From Hormiphora californensis (Eukaryota > Animalia > Ctenophora), in the NCBI GenBank assembly GCA_020137815.1, contig CM035356.1:2046001-2110000 (forward strand): 64,000 nucleotides of DNA. The letters run 5' to 3'. The stretch's first letter is position 1. The number at the start of each line of letters is the position of its first letter. Of this stretch, positions 12,497-24,300 are shown one piece after another. A model generated the notes under the pieces. The model was not told where the DNA came from, searched no databases, and worked only from the letters and a program-made list of their open reading frames with translations. The translations under genes were made by a program, and so were the position numbers.

Positions 12497-12695
12497 ATCT
12501 ATCTATCTGTCACTCCGTCATTACTCCACCCTTTCCTTCCAGGTGGATCTACAGCGTCTGTTCAGTGCTCCCTGGGAAAAACCCCACATGTTATACGGTA
12601 GGCTACTGGACTGGATTCGATATTTGATTGTCTGGCACCCATGCCATTCATCATGGTTGCCCAAGGTATTCAATGATCATCTTGGTCTAAAGTGA
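10463..12695 (+). CDS. RNF121: RING finger protein 121-like membrane E3 ligase (exons 10463-10536, 10753-10894, 11032-11186, 11354-11442, 11604-11743, 11891-12021, 12332-12406, 12543-12695)
   Basis: GHEVMHAEML.., FYGGYFGVLGRD, ICAVCG..LSCGH/FHDYCIRGWC..KKQTCPYC, PWEKPHMLYGRLLDWIRYL; a few apparent 1-nt insertions in the last two exons. Confidence 0.9.
12022..12331 (+). other. U12-type (minor spliceosome) GT-AG intron
   Basis: 5' site GTATCCTTT; branch TTCCTTAAC at 12310-12318, 13 nt before the 3' splice junction. Confidence 0.9.
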
Positions 12696-13344
12696 GGGAT
12701 TTAGAGATTTGGTGTGAGGCGATGTTTGTGAGCAGCTCTTTTGTGGACTTTCAGGGGAGGGAGGGGCAAAAGAGATGCGAATCAGACATGAGAAGAGGCG
12801 ATGTTTTCCGCACTGGCTGTGTGAAAGATCTGTGATAACTTGTTGAGTAAGGGGTTACTCAACAATTAATAGCGACAGTTATCTCAAGTGTAACTTCTTA
12901 GAAATAGGAGGAGGGGTGGGAAGTCATATATTGTAATAAGGGTATTTTGCGAGGTGAGCATGTGTGCTATATCGTGTCTGTGTGTACATTTATCTGTAGG
13001 TATCTCTTTGTGTGTGTATACGAATGTTAAACTGAGTTTAAAATTTATTTCACCTTACGAGAGCCGCCGAGTTTCAGTTCTCAAGAGTTGGATTTACAAG
13101 AAAATAAGTTCCATAATTCATCATTTTGTCAGTAAAATGTCACCCCATAGAAAAATAGAAAAGTCTTTGTAAGAATCAGTTTATTAGCACATTGTCTCCT
13201 TTCATCTCTTTTCATCTTCATGAAGTCCATAATATCCTGATCTTTATTGCCAGATCGAAACATAGCACATTGCATCCTCAGACTTTAGACAGAATTCTTA
13301 TTACTCAGACACTAGACAGAATCCTCAAACACTAAACCGAGTCC

Positions 13345-16300
13345 TCAGGCAGAGTCCTCATCTCTAGATTCAGGGCTCCTATACTGAGTAAACTCAGTCC
13401 CCGCAGTAGTGTATCTCCTTGTATTGGCTGTAAAACTCCTAGGTAGAGAGTTATAGTTGTCATAGTAGCCCCGCTGGTACCTTGATGAAGAAGATGATCC
13501 ACCTCCGCCCTCATTCTTATCCCGGAGCTGTTGATTCTCCAACTCTAACCGTATCCGTTCCTCACCGAGCCGCTCTAATTCGACCTTGATATTCTTAATC
13601 CTGTCATTATTCCGTGCGATCTTTCTCTCCCGCTGTTCCTGCTCAAATCGTCGGTTGAATTCCGGTGATTCACCCCGACTACCAGTCCCTTGGTGACTGA
13701 GATCGTCGTGTGAGCGGGAAAACCCAGACCCAATTCCACCTCCCCCTGCTGCACCTCCATAGCTGTAGTTGGGTGACAGTAGGTCGGGCGAATGGGAGGG
13801 ATATGCTCTGTTGCCATGGCTACTAAGATGCGAGGAGAAGGAGGAGAAATCAGAACGGTTAGGGGTGTGGAGATCATTAAAGGAGTGTCGGGGAGTGTGG
13901 AATGCAGAGGTACTGGTGTAACTGGGACGCTGTTGTACTGGGCTGGGTGACCGTGTTCGGATGGGTATGGAATCCTCAGAAGGAGTCGCTGAATCCTTTC
14001 TAGTTTTTGGTTTTGTTGTTCCCGGATCTTCTTCCTCTTGACTCCAAGGGTTGGAGGAAGTTGGCTGTTTCGTTTCTTCAGTAGCTGTGGGTTGATCAGC
14101 CTGATCTCCTCCTTCTGTCCCAGGCACATTACTCCATTTTGAAGCCAGATTGGCTGAGTAGGAGTAACCGCTCCCACTCGATCCGTGATCACTATTGTAG
14201 CTGCTGTAGGAGGAGTAACTAGTGAACCCAGAGGAGCCTCCCCCGACTCCTGGTGTTGGTATGTGATACGATGTCTGGGTCCTACGTAGTCCAGACAGCA
14301 TACTTGCTGTTTTCTTCCTCAGCGCATCATCCCTCCTCGCTCTCTCCTGCCGTTCTCGTTGCAGTTGTTGTTCCTTTAGCATGTATTCCTCCTCTCGTTC
14401 CTCTCTCTGCCGGGCCAGCTTCTTGCGTTGCTGTTCCATCTTGAATTCCTCCTCCCATTGCTCCTGAAAGATGTAGATTTAGTACCTGGAAGAAAGACAA
14501 ATTGGCACTGGCTAGTATTTCAAGGATAACAATAAAAATCAAATTGATATACCCGAACAGGGAGGAGTGGTGTCCCATAGTGTCCGAGCAAGTTGTCAGT
14601 GTGTCTGTGAGGGGCAACCATTTACGTAGCAAATATAGACCTGCACTTAGTTCTCTACTGTGCATGTATGCAACCCTTTATTGAATTGGGTAGTGAATGG
14701 TCGGTACCGCGGGAACGTGCTTCTATTGTCAAAAGTGTACGTGTGTATTTTAAACATGGCGCCATACACGGATGCTGTTTTCCGCTTTCCAGGCCATTCT
14801 CCCCTTGTATTCGCATTTATGAATATGCGGTTATTCATTCGTTTTGTGTGTCACGTGCGAGAAAGAGGGCGTTTTGTCCGTGTTTTAGAATGTGTGTTTG
14901 TTTGTCTGTCGGAATAAACACATGTTTGTGTCACAGGCTAATTATAACAATAAGCAATGGAATGTCACAGTCAATCAGTCTCCCTCCAGGCTCCATCTCC
15001 CCCTCCAGGCTCCATATCCGGTAGGCGGTAAATGTTAACCAGATCTGTGAGAATTTCGCACATTTTTGCCCATAACTAAGCCATTCCTTGACCAATTTGC
15101 AAAATCTTTGGCTTATTGGAAAGAGGACATTGAGATCTCTCAAATGAGCTCAAGAAAATGAAAATTGGCGCAAATTGCGCGGCGTGGTGGCGAAAACGCG
15201 CATTTTGCGCCATGACGCCGCGCATTTTGCGCCGATTTTAGTTTTATTGGGCTCATTTGAAAGAGCTCAATGTCCTCTTTCCAACGCGCCCAAGATTTTG
15301 CAAATTGGTCAAGAAATGACTGAGTTATGGACAAAAACGTGGTTTTGCACGTACGTTTTCTCTCAGATCTGGTTAACATTTACCGCCTACCTCCATATCC
15401 CACCGTGTTTCCCTCTACCCTTCTCTTTGGCTAATACATTTCCCATCAAGATCATGTCTGTCGACACCGAACCCGGATCTCTATTCCGATCGGGGGGAAA
15501 CAAAACGGCAATCAGACGATGTATCAGACACCCAATAGACTCCCACAACTCCCTTACATGGGTGCTTGTAGTGAGAATACGGTATCGGTTCAACACGGTA
15601 TCAGTAAAAAACGGTAAGGCGAGACACGGTGTCCCTTAAGGAGGTGAAACCTCGGCTAGAATAAGTTTTTTGGAGACCGGACCTAGGTTACGTATTTTTG
15701 ACCGAGGAATCCGAAAAACATAAAACTAAAATCGAAAACGTAGCGGTTTTTGCGTAAAACGGCAAAAACTGTCATTTTTCAGCGATTTTCGACTTTTTAC
15801 GCTTTCTAGAGATTTAAAAAATATTTCCTTACAAGATATGATCTTGTGCTTCTAGACTAATAAAATACAATCGATTTGCTACAAATTGGTCCCGGGTTTG
15901 TGTGATTTGGTCAAAAGCTCTCTTTACTGTGGCCCATCAAAGATGGCCACTCTGCAAATATGTATTTGGCTCCTGTGGCTGCAGATGTAAACCAAAAGAA
16001 GATTTATTACACACTAAAATTTGCGTCTTCTCAAGGCGAACAAACTGGTTTTTACGGCATTCCATTTCATGCAGGCGTTGAGGAGTTACAGCTGAAAAAC
16101 TGGTACAGTGGATTTTGGAAATACCCCTACTTCAACAAACCCTAATCCAGATAAGATTTCGAAAAATATACATCTGCATACATGAAAATGAAGCTCAGGC
16201 AAATGCCAACGTGATGCAAAAAACGGGAAGTGTCTAACTTATTTCGTTTAGAAGCTATAGCCAAAGTAAAAGTGCTTATATTTGCCTTGAAAACACCCTC

Positions 16301-18903
16301 TAAAAGCCCTGAAAAACAGCAAATCTGTCTAAAAATGCAATACGAATAAAATGTCACCTCCAGTGCACCAACGTAGCCCCCTGTGGACAGAATTTGTTTG
16401 AAATTGTCAGAAATTGTCTAAAAGTATGGTTTTTAGAGGGTGTTTTCAAGGCAAATATAAGCACTTTTACTTAGGCTATAGCTTCTAAACGAAATAAGTT
16501 AGACACTTCCCGTTTTTTGCATCACGTTGGCATTTGCCTGAGCTTCATTTTCATGTATGCAGATGTATATTTTTCGAAATCTTATCTGGATTAGGGTTTG
16601 TTGAAGTAGGGGTATTTCCAAAATCCACTGTACCAGTTTTTCAGCTGTAACTCCTCAACGCCTGCATGAAATGGAATGCCGTAAAAACCAGTTTGTTCGC
16701 CTTGAGAAGACGCAAATTTTAGTGTGTAATAAATCTTCTTTTGGTTTACATCTGCAGCCACAGGAGCCAAATACATATTTGCAGAGTGGCCATCTTTGAT
16801 GGGCCACAGTAAAGAGAGCTTTTGACCAAATCACACAAACCCGGGACCAATTTGTAGCAAATCGATTGTATTTTATTAGTCTAGAAGCACAAGATCATAT
16901 CTTGTAAGGAAATATTTTTTAAATCTCTAGAAAGCGTAAAAAGTCGAAAATCGCTGAAAAATGACAGTTTTTGCCGTTTTACGCAAAAACCGCTACGTTT
17001 TCGATTTTAGTTTTATGTTTTTCGGATTCCTCGGTCAAAAATACGTAACCTAGGTCCGGTCTCCAAAAAACTTATTCTAGCCGAGGTTTCACCTCCTTAA
17101 GGGACACCGTGGAGACCAATCAGAACGCCAGATTGACAACACGTGACACCGAAATATATATGTATTTGAAATACCCAAATTAAAGGGAGGGTACGTTGGC
17201 CTTCTTTTCACCCAGAAGTTTAATTTCAATCACTCTGATATTTTGACACAATGTCTACATGGGTACTCATTCGAGGAATCCGAAGTTTCAAATCATAAAA
17301 GTTGAAAGTTCATTAATGAACTCAATTTTTCGTTTTTCGGGTTTTTTGAGGTTTTCTCTTGATTAAATTCGATTTTATTATTTTAAAAACCGCCATACAA
17401 TAGAATAAGTATCAACAAATGGCAATCTGCATTTTTATTAAAATTGAATCAAGTTTAGTGGGTGAAATAAGTTATTTAAAGATGATATTTTTTACCAAAC
17501 ATCGATTTTGACCTGTTTTGACCAGAAATCGGTAAATTCAGGCGCTAAAAATCTGTACGGCCACTACACTTGATCAATTTTGATGTTAGCCGGAATTTAA
17601 GCTCTCTATCTTAAAATTCATTTTTCCGACTGGAATGAATCCTGAATGAACTTGAAAACAGGAATGCTTTTTGGAACCGGAATTTCACAGTCGCCTACGG
17701 GTATCGATTTCCTTTTAAACGCGACTAATTTGAGCTCAATTGGACCACCACAAGAGACACAGTGTCTAGTTATCTAACCCTAGGTTTGGTCATCTGACAC
17801 CTAATGAGACGATAGCGTCATTACTAAGTGCCAATAAGCAGATGTAACGGTCGAGTATCACGTATCACGTCTGCTAATGAGGATGGTGTACCGATACAGC
17901 ATCCGTTAAAATGTAAGCTCTCTTGCTAACACGTCATAATTTGATGGGGATCACATGACTTACCCTAGGTTTAGAAAACGGATCACTGTGATTCTTGTGG
18001 TGATCCAATTAAGCTCAAACTGGTCCCATTCGAAAGGAAATCGATAGCCAAACAAATTTGTGAAACTTTGGTACCGAAATATGGTCCCATATTGGTGTTC
18101 ATTCAATGTTCATTCGGTCGAAAAAAATGAACTTTTATCCAGAGGGCTGAAACTTCGGATTCCTCGAATGAGTAACCATGCAGACATTGTGTCAAAATAT
18201 CTGAGTGATTGAAATTAAACTTCTGGGTGAAAAGAAGGCCAACGTACCCTCCCTTTAATTTGGGCCACGCGGTACATATGTATTTCAGAAACCGTAATGG
18301 TCAAATACCGTATTATTCAGACACCGTATTCCCACTACAAGCAGCACTGTTACCTGTTCTTTCCTCCGTTTCGCCTTCTTTCTCTCCCTGGCTAGTTCCC
18401 TAATCAGCATCTCTAGTTCTGCTTCCTTCTCATCAAACTCCTCAACTAGCTCATCGTCTGATTCCTCTCCCCTCAGCATCTTGGTCAGTTTCTGAAGAGG
18501 GAACATTGTAAAAACAAACATAAAGTTGGGGTTGAGCTTAGTGGTTCGGGAAGAGGACTAAAACTTTCTTTTTTTTTGGAAACGCAAGTCTCAAAAAGTA
18601 AAAAAATTAGAAGGATCATGATATGTACCTCATAGGCCTCCCCAATATCCAGAAACTTTCTCGTTGCTTCTTCATCCCCTGGATTTTTGTCCGGGTGAAA
18701 CTTTAGGGCAAGCTTCTTATAGGACTTCTTGATGGCAGCCTCATCAGCCCCTGCCTGGAGAAAATTAGGATTTCAAATTCTTCAAAATACCGAAACCCCA
18801 TCATTTCGAAAGACGAGGTAAAACAATATTTGCTGATCACAGCATTTGTCTCTGCTATTACCTGAATCTCTAGCTGCTCGTAATATACATCATAGTTCTT
18901 CAT
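13345..18903 (-). CDS. J-domain (DnaJ/Hsp40 class C) protein with coiled-coil and Ser-rich tail (exons 18903-18862, 18754-18629, 18491-18354, 14463-13345; ~474 aa)
   Basis: [50 protein letters not shown]; phase-0 junction joins RRKEQ to [11 protein letters not shown] of the 364-aa ORF. Confidence 0.8.
15020..15391. mobile_element. Mutator-like foldback MITE
   Basis: TIR GGTAGGCGGTAAATGTTAACCAGATCTG; 9-bp TSD TCCATATCC. Confidence 0.88.
15625..17111. mobile_element. 1.49-kb foldback element, Chapaev-like ends
   Basis: ~685-bp near-perfect inverted arms; CAC..GTG termini; 4-bp TSD GAGA. Confidence 0.88.
17184..18254. mobile_element. Foldback element flanked by TTAA (Kolobok-like)
   Basis: TIR AGGGAGGGTACGTTGGCC; TTAA on both sides, but inverted symmetry extends 6 bp beyond TTAA so the ends are uncertain. 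Confidence 0.75.
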
Positions 18904-19164
18904 GGCTCAGTGGAGACCTATCTATTTCCTAATCCTATCGGTTTAGACCAGCTCTATTTCCTATCGTCTCACTAACAGTAACACTGTTCCTTACTGGTCC
19001 TTGTATTCTTACATCTCTCCTAGCTTTATCCTAGGAATGACATATATCACTATAACGGGGCTCGGGGTATTACAATTATTGCACCAATCACATTTTAGAT
19101 CTGTGTTATCACAGGCAAAAATCAGGGGCAAGTGCTGGAACTTCAAGTACTACATAACACTGTT

Positions 19165-19251
19165 TTGGGCACGTCGCGCCCCCCATGTTCGCGCGCCCGT
19201 AGGGCGATCCCCTCACATAGCCCCTATGGGGCTTGCCTGCTTCGCAGGCAA
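19165..19251. mobile_element. Short GC-rich multi-hairpin insertion
   Basis: Flanked by direct repeat AACACTGTT; four hairpins including TTGCCTGC-TTC-GCAGGCAA. Confidence 0.5.
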
Positions 19252-20676
19252 AACACTGTTATTAACAGACACAACGGTAGTAGCGGAGGAATACAACTAG
19301 AGCTAGTACTGTAGACTACACACAACAACTTAGAGCATCTGGTAGTGTCAATAGTTAACAGGGTAGTACTGCTCAGTGCTTTCAACAGGGCAATCCTCTG
19401 TACACCCAATTCCATGAATTCCAACGAAGTTGTTAAGTCTTGACTGTTTCGAATTTGTCTACAATTACAAAAAGCCCAAAAAATGTACATACAGCTACAG
19501 TAGGTAAGGACTCGAAAAAGCTATGCGTTCATGTGTGAGAGAGAGTGGGAGAGAGAGAGGGAGAGAGAGAGAGAAGAGAGGAAAAAAAAGAGAGATTAGG
19601 AGATAGAGACAGAGAAAGCAAGAGGGAGAGAGAGAGAGAGAGAAGAGGGAGAGAAAGAGAGGGATAGAGAGGGAGAGAGAGAGAGAGAGGGAGATAGAGA
19701 GAGAGAGGGAGAGAGAGAAAGCAAGAGGGAGAGATAGGTGTTGAAATCACGTTTCCAAGGCATACTTTAGGGAAAGCTGGAATTGAAAAGACTGGACACT
19801 GTTCATATGTTATGCCATGCCAATATGAGAAATTATCTGCTACTACAATGTGTATGTTATATAATGTCAGAACCAGACGGTGTAACTGCTATAGTAAGGG
19901 GCGTTAGGACCTGGACAATCAAGCTAAACTGACACAAAGTTTTTCGTAATTGCTAAGCACTTCAACAGGACCGGAATCAAGCTATTTAGGCCCTCAATCA
20001 CCAGCATCCTGGCCACACTGTTAATGTCACAGCACATTTAGAAAACAAGGAAGCGGTTTCGTGCCTGTCAGGGAAGCGGTTTGTGGCTGGTCATGCATGT
20101 ACGTGTTTGTAGAAATTACTGTAACTGCAGTGCCAGGAGTCTTTCTGTGTCAAAACAATAGTGTCAGTAATGACTTTCGTAACTGTTTGAGGAATTTATC
20201 CTAGCGTATAATACAGGAAGCAGGCCAAAGAAGACAAACAGAGACAGAGACATGTAGAGCCAGTAGACATAGATAGGCAGCACAGTTTTAACTGGATTAT
20301 AGTTTTTAGGAACCCCTCGAATCACTTCGTTATTTATCCCAATTATCGGTTAAATCACGGCCCCTGTAGTTGACACCCATTACAGAGATACGGGGCATAA
20401 TGAGTGGCAAAAAGGCACAGGAAGACAGCGCATTAATTGTAAAATGGGCCCAACCCAAAGAATTACAAAGGCATGTGCGTTTTATGTCTGTGTAGCGATA
20501 AATGTGCTTTTTGAAATTGTAAAAGTGCCAAAAACGTACATTTTAGGCGAGTACGAGTTTCTTAGAGGCCAATAAAAAGAAGGCCTAGCTGATTGAAACA
20601 AGGCCAGAAACCAATCCGCCACTAGAAACACGCACACAAACGCAGGAACCACAAAGTACCAGGTTGCCCACCGATG

Positions 20677-20770
<94 letters not shown>

Positions 20771-21337
20771 AGAGAGATAAAATTGTGCTAATTGGTGGCC
20801 GAATTATGAACATGTAGCGTGTGGACGGGAAAAGAAAATTGGAAAAGAGCGAGAAGGTTTCGGTAGTCAACTGATGGTCCACTGTTAAAAAGAAGGCTTG
20901 CAGATGCCTGAGTTTAACTACCATTTAGCCTGTTTGCAGTTACACAGTGTCATGTCACAGTGTATATTCTGTCTGGTGTGATTGAATATTAGCCCACGAC
21001 CATCATTTTCCTTGTAAACTCAATTAAAAAAAGCATATTTTGGGGACTGCTTGAAATGTAAAATTTAGTAAAAAAGAAAAAAAAACACATATACGAATGC
21101 TTTAAAGGTTCTACAAATACGTCCCAAAACAACATACACAGGGGTCAGTGCGAGTCAAGCAGTGACAGAAAAAGAACTCCACATGCTTTCTCTTTGTCCT
21201 TCTCTCCGTCTCATATATATATTGTCTTTCTCTCTCCCTCTCTTTCTTTTCCTCCCTCAGTAATTAACAGTTCAAGTAGTGTTCATCACTCTTTCACAAA
21301 CACGGTCGTACAAATGTTCATATGTTTATAATATTTT

Positions 21338-24300
21338 TTAATCCCAATGTAGCAAATCCTTCTTTAAATCCTTTTCCTCTAGCAGTTTTGTGACCCAGGA
21401 TTTCGTTTCGGAGCCCTTGAATTTATAAATATTTCCTGAAAAATAGAGTGCATTGTGTTAAATTGAATAATTGAAGTTGCTCTCTTTTCCACATCAACAA
21501 CACACACATAAATTACACCTGAAACTCAATTTTCAAATTCGTGTCTTTTTTATAGCCCACAGAGACATAAAATTTCGTTTCTTTCAAAACTTACCAACAG
21601 TGTCAGCCACTGTAAAAATGTCGCTGTGCTTCCAGTCATAGGAAACAGTACAGTTCTCCAAAGCAATACTCTTTTTCAAGACAGATGATTGGCCAATACC
21701 ACTGGCTGTGCGGTGTTTTTTCACGTGATACAGGTTCAGTTTCCCATCCGATACCTGTAGGGAAATGGTTTGTTTTATGAAGGAGCGGTGCCTTGATCTT
21801 GACCAACAAATGGTTTTATGAAGGAGTACGGTCGCGCGCGTCAGAAAACAGGAAGTGTCCCCGACCTCACGTGCGCGTGGCGCGTTAACCCGCGCACAGA
21901 ACTGCCTCCCGAGACAACCGCGCGTTCCAACCTGTCATCCCACAACACATTTCTCAGTGCGTGATGTCAACCTACCAAACAATAAAACGTTTTCCAACGC
22001 CGAATTTTGGGCTGCTTGCCAAGTCGTTGACAGGTTTTCTTCATCAGGAGCCCTTCGTATCGGACCTCTGAGATCTTGGTGAGGGTGGTGGCCGAGATTT
22101 GGCTGACTACTTGGCAGTTCGGAGGCTCCGATATGGACCTGCAATGAGAGCGCCGTCTGGGTGGGCTGTTAGGTTGCTATGTATAATACTTGTTGACAGG
22201 AGAGATGCTGATAGTATGATTATGGGCGTGTCGGGGAGATAGTTATAACTAGAGTGAGAGAGAGAATGAGCAATGTAGGAGATAATGATAGTGAAGCGGT
22301 GATAGACTCTCTCTCTCTCTCTCTCTGTCTCTATCTAGTGCTGCAGTAGGATGGTACGGTGTGTTACCTGTTTCTTCGAGCCCAGCTATCATCGATGAGA
22401 TTCTGGTCGCACTGGTTGGAAAACGTTCTCTCTATCGTAGGGGAGCTCTGAGGAAAGAGAATATTAAAAACAGGTCTTTTAGCCCGGGTTGTACTGCTGT
22501 TTTGCAACTCAGACAATAAACGATATGATACCCTTTTGTGAGGTTAGACATGGTCGAATAAGACAACAACCCTTCACTTATCGAATTGTATTGTATTGGG
22601 GGCTAAAAACACCCAAAATTCTTACCAAAAGTAAGGCAGTCCCAGCTTTCTCCTGATCTGTATTGAACCCCTCCAACATTGAGAGACTGTGGGTCTTTCT
22701 GTGTCCTGGTTTCCATGTTGACTTTTTGTTGTTGGCGTGGGTTTTGGGGTTATTGAACTCGCCCGATACTTCGTGAAGTGGGTTCGCTAGTGTGATATCT
22801 GGGAGGGAGAGATGGGGTTGGTTAATGTTATACTTGAAGAGAGAGATGGGGTTGGTTAGTGTTGTACTTGAAGGGAGAGATGGGGTTGGTTAGTGTTGTA
22901 CTTGAAGAGAGAGATGGGGTTGGTTAGTGGTGTACTTGAAGGGAGAGATGGGGTTGGTTAGTGTTGTACTTGAAGAGAGAGATGGGGTTGGTTAGTGTTG
23001 TACTTGAAGAGAGAGATGGGGTTAGTGTTGTACTTGAAGGGAGAGATGGGGTTGGTTAGTGTTGTACTTGAAGAGAGAGATGGGGTTGGTTAGTGCTATA
23101 CTTGAAGGGAGAGATGGGGTTGGTTAGTGCTATACTTGAAGGGAGAGATGGGGTTGGTTAGTCCAAAAAACAACATCATATGACGAACTAGAGCTGTGTT
23201 TTGAGTAGTAGGGTGCAGTGGGCTGTTGACCACAGTGTGCAGTGCCAAGTATACAATGTATACATTTCACACCCTGCTAGTATACACAAACATGTGCCAA
23301 GTACTCACTAAATACAAGTGGGTACTAATTGCTAAAACCAGAAAGACAATACACACATGGCAATGTGTGTGTACATAAAACGGATGTAGGGGGTGGGATG
23401 GAGAGTGAGAGGAGGAGAGCGAGCAGGAGAGAGACGAGAGAGAGAGAGACCGGAGAGAGAGAGAGAGGAGAGAGAGAGAGAGGAGATGACGAGAGAGAGA
23501 TGAGGAGAAGGAGAAGAGAGAGATAGAGAGCAAGGGCCTGGGTAGTATAATAGGGGATAATACAATTAGGGTTATAATTAGGTATATCCTAAGTAGCGGG
23601 GTCCCTCTCTCAGTACCCAAGTTTTTGTATTGTTCATACTATTATTGCAACAGCACAACCAAGTTTAAAAGTAGAATACATTTGAGAGGGAGAGCGAGTT
23701 AGAGGAAACACCATGGATATTTACCCTGTTTAGAACAGAACAGTGCTATAATTCATTGTGAAATGGTATATTTCGAATGCATGTTTGGCAGAAACATGCC
23801 TTTTCTATTCTTGGATATATGTTTGTTGTGAGGCGGCCCCGAAATTAGAGGGTGGATTTAGCTTCCTTGTAAGGTGACATGTAGTGACGTAATCCAGACA
23901 CAGTGGACACCAAACAGGATATATTCAGGGGAGAATGCGGATGAAAGTGACACACAATTTATTTAGAGAGAGAAAGTGGGAGAGAGAAATAGCCCCTATA
24001 GTTTCTTGAAACTCGGGGTCATAATGTTCTGAATTTGAAAGGATGACAAGGATTTCTAACATTACCTACCCTCAAGAGAGCGGCTTGGTGTCTTGTGTCG
24101 GCGATGTTTAGCAGCGGAGGGTACAGGGACGGCAGTTGCAGGGGACCGACTGGTGGGCTCTCTCTCAAATGACAACCTGAAAAACGGGTTTGTTATGAGG
24201 TTACAATTACATAGTTTGTTATGAGGGGTTACAATTAGTACTGGTATGAAGTTTAATTAATTACAGAGGGAGTTGTCTGTGGGTTTGGGAATACTCCCTG

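Noticed and set aside
12332-12695. RNF121 as a frameshifted pseudogene
   Set aside because: Clustered 1-nt insertions flank a long CT tract in an otherwise conserved gene; consensus error is more likely. Needs a read check.
15960-16776. Identical 61-aa ORFs on opposite strands
   Set aside because: By-product of the foldback arms.
22803-23162. CRISPR-like arrays (also 48036, 53680, 55712, 38830)
   Set aside because: Head-to-tail repeats with no unique spacers, no cas genes, eukaryotic context.
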